Positions 26,101 through 38,176 of a stretch of DNA of 64,000 bases are shown in pieces (the stretch's first letter is position 1; each line of letters opens with the position of its first letter). This DNA is from Paraspadella gotoi (Eukaryota > Animalia > Chaetognatha): NCBI GenBank assembly GCA_051294375.1, contig CM119266.1, forward strand, positions 4,320,530-4,384,529. Reading direction: 5' to 3'. The translations under genes were made by a program, and so were the position numbers. The notes beneath the pieces were generated by a model that searched no databases, had not been told where the DNA came from, and saw only the letters and a program-made list of their open reading frames with translations.

Positions 26101-29100
26101 GCTGAGTAGGAAGATAGTTGCCCAGCTTGGCGTTGGCGTTTTGTTTCTCGTAGGATTCGTACTGACGCATCAACTTCATGAGTTTCTTTTTCATCTCCGT
26201 CTTGTTGAGGAAAGTGGGATGAGGGGCGGGCGGCATCCCGGCCTCCTTCCACTCGAAATAGGCGCGTTTGTTGTTGGCCATCAAATCCCTGATGACCTTT
26301 GGCCATCTTCGATCCGCGTCCCATTTTTTGCCCCTTCCCTCTTTCAGCGCCGACGCCTCCGCGACCACCGACGCCGACGGGAAAGTCCCGTCCTGAACGA
26401 CTCCTTCGACACCTGTAGATTTTTTAGCGAAAATACCACCTTCCGCACCACCACCTGCGTAATCGCTAGAATGATCGTAACCAAAAGACATAACATTAGC
26501 ATTGGCAACATTGTAATTATCATTGAGTCTTTCTTCATTCGGATAATTTCCCTCGACGACGGACGAAGGCTCGGAAGCGCCTCCTCCTTGAGACGCGAGG
26601 AACGCCCTCACGGCCTCTTGGGCGTTCTGGACGCTGGAGACTTCTTTGGGTCGCCTTCGATCTTCGCCCTCCAGAGAGGCTTCACTGCGACCGGCTTTGT
26701 AATAAGAGTAATGCGGGTCCGACTCCTCGCCGGCGGCCGGAGCGGGCGGGAGTTCCATGCTGAGTCGCTGGGCCAATCTCTTCGCCGTGGGCGGGATGGA
26801 GGAAGACTGCGACGACCCGGTTGGCTGACGGATTCCGCGGGCGACAACGTTCGAGGAGGCAGCCTCCGCCGGAGTCGCCGTGGGAGTCGGGAAAGCGGCG
26901 GCGACGGCGCCAGGGACGGCGCCGGGTTTGGGAGCGGGGAAATTGGGAGGGGGACGAGATGGGTCGAAGGGAAGAGGCATTTGGGGCATGGAGGGCATGG
27001 AAGGCATGGGTGGAGGGTGGGAAGGAGGAGGCTGCGACGGCGGGGGCTGGGCGAGTCCAACGTTACCGCCCGCGGTCTGCGTCAGATGCTTGGTGATGAT
27101 CCCGTCGCCGATCTTGAGGAAATCGGCGAAGGAGACGACGCGGTGTCCGTCGAAGACTCGCATCACTTTGTGGGCGTCGGTGCAGCTCTAATGACGATAT
27201 TAAACATTAATAATAAATTTAAGTTAATTTTAATTACATTTTAAAGTTGAAACCAACCTGGCACAAAAAGGTTTTACAATCGGAGCATCTGGCGACAGCG
27301 ACGCCCGATTCCTTGCAGGATGTGCAGACGATGATGGAGTTGACGGCCGCCAGCAACTTTGGGTCCAGATTGGAAGACCCCGACGCCGCCCCAGTCGGAG
27401 CCGAACCCAGCGACGTTTCCTTCATGTCCGACTTCTTGGATAATTCGCCGCGAGGAGGAAGATCTTCAACGCCGACTGAATTCCAAGAGGGAAAATGGGG
27501 CGATGAAGGTAAATAAATAAATAAAGGTAAATAAACTTAAGAAAATATTCCAGATCATCTTCTCATTTACTATACATATAATTTGTTATGATAAAGAAAC
27601 TAATAAAATTAAATGAGCGAAAACGGACTAAAATTTATAGCGCTTTAACAAAATTGTGAAAAAATAAAAGTTTTATAGATGAGGGTAAAATAATTAAGAG
27701 GATTGCCCCTTTTAAACTTACCCGTATCGTCCCTGACCGGAGTCCCCGATCTATCGTCATCGTCGATGGGCTCCTCCCCCGGCGGCGGGGCGTCCGACGA
27801 GATGCTCGAGGACGCCCTCGCTCTGTCGCTGCCCGAGAAATTGATTCCCCCCGGACCGGAGCGAATCGTGAGGCCGACGCCGGAGAATAAAACCGTCGAA
27901 GTGGGCGGGGCTCCGGCGGAGGGCGGCATCACTCCGTCGGGCTTGGCGCCGGGCATCAGACCGGAGAGTGCGGGCGGCATCGGTGGCATTCCGGGCGGAG
28001 GGTAGATGGTAGGAGGTGGACCGGTGGGAGGAGCTTGGTCGCCTGAATCAAAGAATTAAAGAGAATGAGAATTGAGGTGAGAATTGAGGTGATAAGAGGA
28101 CAAGAAACCTTTGAGTAACGAGGGAGGCGGCATCGGAGGTGGCGCCAGATTCATGAAGGGCGGAAGAGGCGGAGGTCGAGGCGGCGGAATCCAACCGTTC
28201 CCCGGCATCGGACCCGGATAGGCGCCAGGGATGTTGGGCATCGGCGGGGGACCTCGAGGAACGGGCGCCACTAAAGGCGCCGGAGAACCGAGTTTCTTGC
28301 CGTGCTCCAATTTGGCCAACTTCTCTTCCATATCCCTGAAGCAAAACAAATGAAAAGAATTGAAAGAAAATAAGAAATTGGGGGAAAATGACAAACTTTG
28401 ATACTCAAAAAATAAAATTTAATACAAATGTAAAGAGGTCGTTATGTTTTATACATAACAAACTTGTCTTAATATATGAAAAAAATAAATATAAATAAAA
28501 ATGAAATGAATGAATGAAATGAAATGATTGAATGAAATGAATCGAATGACATGAATAAATGAATGAATAAAATTTAAATTTATTTAATTTTAAAAAATGA
28601 TAGAATAGAGATAAATTGCATAGAGTAAATAAATTTAAAAGTAAGAACTAAATTAATTAAACGAATTTAATTGATTTAATTTAATTGAAGAAATTTAATG
28701 TGAGAAATAAAATTTAAAAAAAGGAAAAGATGGTAAAATGATAACATGCGCGACTGTCATGCTTAACATCTCGAGTTCGAGAGAGAGAGAAGAGAATGAG
28801 AAGAGATAAATAAATCCTCACCTCAGCGCCCTGGCGCCGATGTCTTCGAAATCCTTATCCCGATTTCTTCGATCTTTTCGTTCCGACTTTTCGCGCCTCA
28901 ACTTCTCCATCTCCCTCAGCGCCTTTTCTTTGACCGACTCGGCGCGGCGCTCGGCTTCGCGCTGCTCGCGGCGCCGTCGATCGTCCTTGGCCTGAAGAAG
29001 AAGAGAAAGGAAAAGAGGTCAGCGCATCTCGAGTCAATTGGGTCATCGTGGGTCAATTTTTTTTTTACAAACGGACTGAGGTCGATGTATCCCGGTGATA

Positions 29101-32017
29101 AGGGAAGTGAAGAGAGATATTTTCTAAGGCCTCTCAGCTCCTTTGCTAAAACAAGAAAATCTAGTATTTTCAATGTTTAGAATTAGCGTACGAGAGATAA
29201 AATAAAATAATAAAATACTACCTGGTGCAGAGTGAAAATCCTTTAAATTTATTTTATAGACATTATGAAAACAATTTAAGCCGTATGGGTTATCCTGTTT
29301 TATACAACACAAAATATAAAAGATACCAGTGTTAGCCCACAATATTATTCGTTTCTTCGAAAAGTAAAAGCAGGAATGAAAAATTAAAATTAGCATAAAA
29401 CTTTCTGATATTACCGTACGTATTTTACAAGGCAATATATTAAAATGCATCAAACCGCCATTTTTTTTATTCTCAATCTAAACTAAAATAGGAGAAAAAG
29501 TAATTAGCGAAAGAAAGAAGATACATCTCTCACCCTTTCCTCCTTTTGTCTTTTCTTCTTCTCCTTGGCCGCGTTGAGAGACTCGATCTCGGCCTCCAAC
29601 GCCTTCATTCGATCCTGAGCTTTCCGAATTTCCTCCGACGCTGGATCCTCGCCCTTCGCCGCCTCCGCCGCCTCAGACGGTTTCCTTGGCGAAGACTTCG
29701 GCTTCTGATCAAATTAATTATCATAATTACTATAAGTGACAAGAAATATTTAGACGACAATATTGTATCCCATTAAGATGAATTGTTGAACAATAATACA
29801 TTATTATTTAAATATTTAAGGTAAGAATAAGTTGATGATGTACCTTTTCTTTCCCGAGCGGTTTTGCCGGTGACGGCGTTCGCTTCGCTTCCACTTTTTC
29901 CTTCTCTACTTTTGCTTCGGGTTTATTCTCTTCAGTCTTCTTTCCTAACGAAGAATCAGGACTGCGGACGGGAGAATCCTGTCAAAACATTATAATTAAT
30001 TTTATAATTGTTTTTATTAGTTGTACCAATTTCTTGAGTACATAAAACTTGAAGAAAAGGGAAAGAAAGCTGGGCCTACCTGGACAGGAGTTCCCACGGA
30101 ATCTGGGAGCTCTCCCTCTTCTCCTTCAGAATCGGAACCTAGAAGCGCTTTAGGGGGACTGGGGGCTCTCACGGGCGCCAATCCATTTTCTGAAAGTAAA
30201 AAAGGGTTCAAATTAATTTAATGGCCTTTATGAAATTTCACCTTAGCCGAGTACTAAATATTGACTAAATTTAACATTAATTAATTAACTTACAACACAT
30301 AAAAAACTTTAGCGGTAATTGCAGCTCCACTATTTAACATGCGATGAGTCACATGTTTGCCATACCTAATTTGAAATACTAGGAAAGAAAGCCTTCCGTA
30401 TTTTTATTCCACCTTACCTTTTCCATCGGGATTATCCTTGGATTCGGCGGAGGTCTCCTCAACCCGCTTGTCCACGACCTGGGCCGATTTCCCCGTCGCC
30501 GTCTCCGGCGATTCGGGATTCTCCTCGGCGGCCGCAGCATCCGCAGCTGACGCGGCGTCGCGCTTGTCGCTTCGACCGTGACGGTCTTTGCCAGCGGGCG
30601 ACGATGAAGATCGCTTTCTGGGTTTGTCGGATCCGCGCTCGGGACTCTTGTTGGACTTGCGGTCAGAATGCCGCGAGATCTTGTGTCCCGGACTTCGAGA
30701 TCGCTGTCGATCTTTGCGACTCTTGGCTTCTGGACTCTGAGACCTGTTGGCTCGTTTGCCGGAATCGGAAGATTTTCGATCTTTATCTTTCTCTCGATCT
30801 TTTACGCGACTTTTCTCTTTAGGGCGGTCTCGTTCTTTCTCTCGATGCCGTTCACGCTCCTTGTCCCGATCTTTGTCGCGTTCCTTGTCCCGATCCTTTT
30901 CGCGATCTTTGTCCCGATCCTTCTCCCTCTCCCTCTTTTCTCCTTTTTCCCTCGCTCTCTCTTCCCGCCGAGAGGAGCTGGTGGATCTAGGGGGATCCCA
31001 TCGAGGGTCGAACTCTTTCGTCGACTCCGTCTCCTTGTTAGGGATTTTGACGATGGAAGATTTGGAGGCAAATCGACGTTCGACTCTTTGATCTTCCGAT
31101 TTCTCGGAGGAAGCGACTTCTTCGTCGGCGGACATCTCATCAACCTCTCCCTCTTCCTGCTCGCCCTCTCGAGAGACGTCGCCTGAAGCGAGGGTTCGAG
31201 CGCGGGCTTCGACACGCCGCGCAGGATCCGCGTGGCCGCCCGAACGATCGCGTCTTCGCCCTTCGTCTCCGTCTCGCGATCGGTCGCGAGATCGACCCCT
31301 GGTCTCGCTATCTCCGTCGTGATCAGAGGCGAGACGTTTACGCTTTAACTTTTCACTGAGATCTTTTATCTTCTTTTTCTTTCCTTCGGAATCTCTGTCG
31401 GCGTCGTCTCGTTTGTCGTCGACGTCGTCGTCGTCGTCTTCACGGTCCGAAGACTTTTGCACCTTCCGCTCTTGACCCTGAGCGCTGACGGTGATGCCCT
31501 CGACCTTCCTCGTGATGGAGACTTTGCGGACTTCGCCGCCGACGGCGTCGCTCTCTTCGTCAGACTTCTTGGAGAGGACTTTGGCCACGGCGTCTTTGAG
31601 ATCCTTCTTCAGCGGGCGAAGGTCGACGGTTTTGCCGTGGACCTCGATCGTGGCGCCCTCGTCGTGCGACTTCAGCTTTTGTCGAAGATCGGCGATGTCG
31701 AGGGACCGACGGGTGGCGCTTTCGACGCGATCCATTACGGCGCCCACGCGACGGAGAGGGCGCTCCACTTGGCGAGATCGATCGCTGCCCATGACTTCGA
31801 GGTCGTTAAGGTTGATGTCCCTTCCGTCGGAAAAGGGGTCGTCGTCGTCGGCGGCGGCGTCGAGCGGGTTATCGCGATCGTGGTAGTTGTATTTCTTGCT
31901 GGAAGACCCGCCTTTCAACTTTTCCCCGTAAGACGACTTCTGTTCTCCGGAACTCCAACGTCCCCCGAAGAAACCGGCGCTGTGACGGTTCTTGTTTCGA
32001 TTCCGCCCGCGATTCAT
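23192..32017 (-). CDS. Large (~2,300 aa) low-complexity protein (RS/RD-rich, Pro-rich, KE coiled coil) with a single B-box type 1 zinc finger; 9 coding exons
   Basis: Exons approx. 32017-30418, 30189-30080, 29978-29844, 29703-29533, 28991-28822, 28335-28109, 28043-27721, 27476-27258, 27187-23192 splice in frame. The B-box CTSCKESGVAVARCSDCKTFLCQ/SCTDAHKVMRVFDGHRVVSF spans the last intron. Confidence 0.85.
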
Positions 32018-32759
32018 CCTGATGGCAGCCAACGAAAACGCTTACAGAGTCTGCATTAGCGCTCAACCAAATAAAATAGAAAGACTAATAAGGATATCGT
32101 TCAAAAGAAAGAAAAAAGTCAGAAGCACACAAGCAAATTAACGCCTGAAAAGAAGAAAATATTTGAGAGTAAATTAATATAAGAAAATGCAACAAAAAAT
32201 AAATTTAATGAAAAATTATAGCGTCGGAGTTGAAAATCGCCGATTTGCCCTTGTTCGGATAATGATGATCACAATCGAGTTTTTTTTTCTCCCTAAAAAA
32301 GTCCAACAAATGCAAAAAAAAAATGAAGTCAAATGAAACCTGACATTCGGTGAAAAGGTTTTCCGGTCAAGAAGCCAACGGAAGACAAAGAAACCGGCGT
32401 CAAACTCGAATCGAGATGAACACAAGAGAAAATAAAGTGGAAACGAATGCACCAAGGTGACAATGAAAGAGAAGATGGCGGCGTACAAGGGGAGGCCGCG
32501 CGGTTGGAGAAGAAAGAAGATGAGGAAGAAGAAAATCATGTTGAAAGAGAAGAGAAAAAGGAAGAGGAAGAAGATAAGAAGAAGAAAATAACAATTGAAA
32601 CGAAGGGAAAAAGGAAGAGGAAGAGGAACAAAAAAGAGAAAAGTCACGATGCTTGCGGGAAAATTATGGAGAACTAGCGACATCTAATTATCTTAATTAA
32701 TAAGAATTACTTTCATAACATATGAACATTGGCAACACATCAACAACTATTTTTTTTAT

Positions 32760-32900
32760 ATTTGTGATAATCCTTTCTTTTCGTTGTTGTTTAATATTTA
32801 GAGAAAACAAAGTGTTTTTGAATTTGTTACAACGATTTATTTTAAATAAAATAAAATAAAATAAATCGTTGTCACAAATTCAAAAACACTTTGTTTTCTT
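32760..32900. mobile_element. Penelope-like terminal remnant forming a palindrome with ~40-bp arms
   Basis: AGAAAACAAAGTGTTTTTGAATTTGTTACAACGATTTATTTTA ... TAAAATAAATCGTTGTCACAAATTCAAAAACACTTTGTTTTCT, plus the reversed family tail ACAACGAAAAGAAAGGATTATCACAA. Confidence 0.6.
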
Positions 32901-33077
32901 TAATTATTTTATATTTATATATTATTATTAATATTATAATTATTATTATAATTATTATTATATATTTTTTTCTCGTTCACCTTTCTCTTTGACAACAGCC
33001 AATGACGCGAATTTTCTATTCTTGTTGTTTTTCTCCTTTCCTTTACAGAAAAAAAATATTTAGAAATAATTTCCTCA

Positions 33078-33240
33078 CGCCGGCGATTGGTGCGATGTTA
33101 AGCCCTCCCCAAGCCTAAATCTTCACCTCGATTCCCGCTCCTTCAGCGCGGCGATGGGATATCACCTCGGAATCCCGCTCCTACAGTCGGGACCCTGCCG
33201 CTCTGAGACTTGAGACCATTTTGAAATTTCAACTTACATC
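33078..33240 (-). other. Probable non-coding 5' UTR exon of the large B-box gene
   Basis: GC-rich island bounded by TTTTCAAG and donor GTGAGG. All three frames contain stops. Contains a short uORF. Confidence 0.45.
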
Positions 33241-33253
33241 CTTGAAAACAAAG

Positions 33254-33905
33254 TGAAGAGACAGTAATTATTGTTATGTATTAGTGACAGAACCGTTCAA
33301 TATAAGCAGTCCCTGAGCTTCGGATCAGGCTGTAACACCATGTTACAGGCGGGTTAAGCGCCCCGTCCCTCTTAACTGCCAGACGACCACCGGGCTAGAA
33401 CCCCGGACCTTTGGGTTCGGAGGCGAATGACTTGCCTCCGGCACCAATGGTCGCTGATGAACGGTTGGTGGATTTTAGTCCACCATACATCCCCCCCTCC
33501 CGTAGGGAGAAGTCTGTTGCGTCTCTTCAGTGATTGTTGTTGGTGGAAAGTTCGTCACCAAGTTGAGGCATGTCGCCTGATGTGATGTGGGCGGAAAGTG
33601 CATCGCCAGGTTGAGGCATGTCGCCTGAAAGTGTTGTTGTTGCTGTTGTGTTCGGAAGTCGGGCTCACAAATAAAGAGACAGTAATTATTGTCATGTATT
33701 AGTGACAGAACCGTTCAATATAAGCAGTTCCTGAGCTTTGGATCAGGCTGTAACACCATGTTACAGGCGGGTTAAGCACCCCGTCCCTCTTAACTGCCAG
33801 ACGACCACCGGGTTAGAACCCTGGACCTTTGGGTTGGGAGGCGAATGACTTGCCTCCGGCACCAATGGTCGCTGATGAACGGTTGGTGGATTTTAGTCCA
33901 CCATA
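33254..33905 (-). mobile_element. Miniature non-autonomous LTR retroelement (TRIM-like) with tRNA-like LTRs, full copy A
   Basis: Two ~234-bp direct repeats (TATGG...TTCA) flank a ~185-bp internal region with a mutated PBS and the PPT GGGAGGGGGGA. 4-bp TSD AAAG at 33250-33253 and 33906-33909. Confidence 0.92.
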
Positions 33906-34584
33906 AAAGTGTTTTAAAACTTTGACTCTAAATTCCTCCTAACTGGAATACTTTTCTTAAAATGTCTCTCTATTAGTTTTCTACAAATGTTTTTAAGATT
34001 CCTAAAAAAAATTTTAATTCAAAATTCTTGCAGTCGTTTAGGCTGCAACTCTTCAAATTCAGTGTAGATTCAGTGTAGCTCGAATTTCTTTACCATCTAT
34101 TTAACCAAAGATTTTGTTCACAATTGGAAATCCAACCGAGTGATAAGATTAATTGTTTAACTCTGTCCTTCAAAATTTCTCTTTACCGTGTTTTAACTTT
34201 TTACCTACAATTTTTTAACAACTATATAAAAAAGATTTTTTAAAAAATGTGCTTACCGATTTAATTTTACACTTTTCTCATTTACGGATTAAAAAAAATT
34301 ATGTAAAATGGAATGTTTACATATAAAAAAAACTAACTTTTTTTTGTGATTACTGATGACTACGATATATTTCTTGATGTGATAGCTGTAATACATAGAA
34401 GTTTACGAATAGTGAAGCTGAATGACCCTTCCTCTTAAAATAAATTCTTTTGGCGTTTAAAATCTGCTGTGTGTCTATTACCACATTTAAAAAAAAACAA
34501 ATAAATTCCTTAGTCTCTATACAACATTTTAACAATTGCACTATTTGATTCGCAAGAATATTTACATTGTTGTCTTTAAAAAAA

Positions 34585-34990
34585 CAAGTATGAGGAAACA
34601 TTGTCGGATCTTCCTACGATAATTAAGCGGTAATCAGCTTATCAGACGATAAATCACGATAAATCTTTCAATTAATGATCCTATCTGATCATAACAGATC
34701 GTACCATACCAAAACAGTGGCTGCGCCAATACATGTAAATCGCTTGCAAGGGATTAAACTGAACTTTTTTCAACTCGCATCATTTTTTCAACTTGCATAA
34801 TTTTTTCAACTTGCATCATTTTTTTAAATTGCATCATTTTTTCACTTTAATTAATTATTTAATTAAATCATTTATGAGTAAGCATAAATAATAATTAATA
34901 AATATTCAAGTAAATGTGGCTTATGTTTTTTCCATTTAAACTCATTTCTACTGGTAAAATTCCATCGAAACTTTATATCTAGCTCTAACT
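34585..34990 (-). mobile_element. HINE-like fragment
   Basis: The terminus AACAAGTATGAGGAAACATTGTCGGATCT, the CAACTTGCATCATTTTT repeats and a partial core unit are shared with 2886-3240 and 6900-7330. Confidence 0.65.
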
Positions 34991-37459
34991 CATAACTGCC
35001 TCTTTACTTTAGAAGGGAAGTCTGGCGTTAAGCTTCCGAGATAAAAATTAGCGAATAAAAAAGTTGTTATTTTACTCACTGAATAAAAATACTTAAAATA
35101 CTTGCAAAATACATAAAATTGATAAAATTATTATTGTGATAACATTGTCCAATCACATGCAATATATCTAGTGCCTTTTTATTCATTGAAATCGATAGAT
35201 ATTAACTAAAAATATTAGAATTAATTTTTCTTTTTGATATATAAGAGAACCGAACTTTCGTCGCTTGATGTCATCAGGTTACTAGTAAATATTCGTTTGA
35301 GGATTCCAAATCTGTTTTTAAAATTGACCTACGTAGACGCGCATAGACGCGATATGCCATGAAAGCAAGTTGTTTGGTTCCACTTAAATTTTTAGCTTCG
35401 GCCGAGTCACTTAATTGGTAATAAAAAAATTGATTTTCTTTGATATCTTTTGAACCAAAAATGATAGAACGATAAGACTGGTATCATATTAAAACCATAA
35501 TTATGGGGCATCTTTTCCATATAATTTTTTAAAAATGTTTCAAAGGATTTTTTTAAAATCTTGATCGGAATCTTAGTCAAAAGTAAAACAACTTTTGAAA
35601 TTAAATTAAACGCACTTGGCCACATTTAAAAAAATAAATAGAATATAGATTCTGAAAGAGAAAAGATTGAATTATGTTTGTGATATAAAACAAAAATTTT
35701 CTATACCTCAAATGTTTATATAATTACTAAGGATAATGATTATCATTTTGTTGAAAACAACAAAATTTAAAAAATTCATATGATTTAAATATGATAATTT
35801 AGGTGAGGCCAAACTTCGTCAATGGGGTGGGTTCAAACAGTGATGTTTGAGTTTGAGGCGAACTCTTTAGTTCCGAATGAGCATAAGTTAGTACATGAGT
35901 CAGTACGATGGTGCTGGAAGCGAACGAGCCTTTCGCATGAATATGGAGCATATTCTTAGATGTGATTCACAAGCAAAGCATTAGTGAATCATAGATTATT
36001 TTGTAATAGTGTATACGTGCTAAGGGCTGTTTAAGAATATCAGCTGATGCATGGAGCAGACATGTCCGCAATGGACTTTGCATTTTTTGAGTTGAATAAC
36101 TTATTTCATTATGATATAGGAATAGCAGATGATCAACGATTGCTTATGTGAGGATGAATAGGCTGTAGTCCTGAGACAAGCGATAACTGGGTGCATTCGT
36201 CGATAGTGGCTGGGTGTTGCATACTGCTACTGTGATTTTACAATATGAGGTATGTTGAATAGATGAAAGGTCAAGAAAGTATGAGCGGCTGTGAGAGATA
36301 TTAAGAATTGAGTAAACATAACCTTAGAGAGAAAAGATCGATCAGTCTAATCATCTATTGCATTATCGATAGATTGGTTAGTCGAGTTGGGTCGTTTCTA
36401 ATTCTTCTAGTTAATATTAGAAGGCAGATGCCAAAATTGTGTGATAAAAAGGTTGTAGAACTTGATGAGTTATACATGAAAAATAATAGGTGTGTTGTGA
36501 TCATGTTATGAGTTAGTATAGCGCTTGAATAGCTTTTTTTAAGGTCACTCTATCAGAATCAATATTTAAAGAAGAACTTCTGAAATATATACAAGAAACG
36601 GACGAAGTGTTGTCTTGTGGGACATTTATAGTATGTGCAAGACAGATTACTTACAACGGAATCGAAATGAGCGTGTAAATAGTTAGAGGCGTGACATTAC
36701 TATAGCTGTCAATGGCGTGTTTGGAGACATGGATTGTGCGAAAAATAGAATAGATGGTGACGCGGTTCGTGTACAAATGAACTGTAGATAGACGCGCAGA
36801 TAATATGAGTTAGTTCAATAGCTGTTCCCATTAAAGGAATATTGAAATTTGGTCGGCTACCGCTAATTTAGGAGTTCAAACCTTTTGTTCGCCCTCGATG
36901 TCTTAAAAAAATTTTTTCAATTTTTTCAATTTTTCAATTTTTCAATTTTAAAAAATTTAAAAATTTTTTTTTTCTTTTTAATTTTTAAGATTTACCTGTG
37001 TCTACAAGGCCTGGCAGAAAAAAATTATTACAATTTTTTTTTAATGTCATAATGCTATCATAAAATAATTTTAATGCTAACGATGTCTGCTATATGACTA
37101 TATAAAAAAAAATTTCTTAATAAAAATAAAAAATCACCAGACTATCTTAACTTTAGTTATAAAGTCATTCAGTAATATACTTGAGCGCGGAATTAATACC
37201 GTTGGTCAATTCTTGAACATACCATTATGTACAAAACTTTAGTCTTGATGTCTATTTTCAGGTAGAAAATAGTTTGTTTTTTTTAAATTTTAATTTTAAT
37301 GCTTTTCTTGTTGCTCTCAAAGTTAATATATTATTATATAAAGATACAAATTTTTTAATCAATCTTAAATTATTTTTGATTTTTGATTCTAATAGAGCAC
37401 AAAAAGTTAAATAAAAAATATAATTACAACTTTTTAGGAGAAAAACAATTTTTATTTGT

Positions 37460-37560
37460 TTTGACAACGAATTTTAGTGACAATTTGACAGACATGTTTC
37501 GACTCTGTAGAAGACTCTAAAAATACAGAGTCGAATACAAATACAACGAAATCGAAAGTC
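37460..37560. mobile_element. Penelope-like remnant with a partial hammerhead (stem II, GAAAC-ATGTC)
   Basis: GACATGTTTCGACTCTGTA-GAAGACTCT..AGAGTCGAA followed by ACAACGAAA. Homologous to 41676-41848. Confidence 0.55.
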
Positions 37561-38176
37561 TATACACAATATCTAATTACAACTTTTAAAAATTGTTACT
37601 TTTTCTTGGTCAAAATTAAGAAAAACTGACAAAATTATTGAAAGATGATGATTTTTAACGGTTTTTCTTATTTTTCTTATGATCAAAATAAAAAAAAAGA
37701 ATTATACTTTGTCTAGACAACTTTTTGAAAGCTACCTAAATCTGATCTTAAAAATAAAAAATCTAAAAAAAATATTTAGCCTTTCCTATCTATAAACAAA
37801 TATTACAAAATTAATATATAGGGTATAGAGTTAAGTTAAAATTTTTTTCTCTATCCTAATTTAAAAAAAAAATGTTTAAATTTTCGTTTAAGCGGGTACG
37901 TCTTACTGCTTCGCGATGAAGAACCGTTCACTATCCATTTACGTTATATCGTTTTCGTTGCTGCCGCTCTACTATACTCTCTGGATGGTACTGATTTAGT
38001 AATATATAAAATATATTACTGAAAAAAAAACAACTTTCGATATGTCTTTTTAGGAGGACCGAGCAGTACAGGGGACAAATAGACCTAACGGTAGATTTAA
38101 ATTCAACTAATAGGAATTTATAAAAAAATCATATGTATTTTGTGAATGCAAAAGAATTACGACGATAAATTCAGAA

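Noticed and set aside
23208-27244. Long plus-strand ORFs (up to 469 aa)
   Set aside because: Antisense shadows of the GC-rich, low-complexity minus-strand exon.
16692-32017. Operon of three co-oriented minus-strand genes
   Set aside because: Spacers of 700-940 bp can hold UTRs and promoters, and there is no direct evidence for polycistronic transcription.
32216-32683. Phe/Leu-rich and Glu/Lys-rich ORFs (similar ones at 53.5-54.1 kb and 56.7-57.3 kb)
   Set aside because: Artefacts of purine/pyrimidine low-complexity intronic tracts.
33455-33490. CTGATGA followed by a hairpin on the LTR antisense strand as a hammerhead
   Set aside because: No GAAA or stem III follows.
35800-36830. Compositionally distinct block, possibly a decayed LINE ORF (minus-strand LEELETTQ, LVSGLQPI)
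   Set aside because: Many stops and no diagnostic RT or endonuclease motif, so it cannot be supported without a search.
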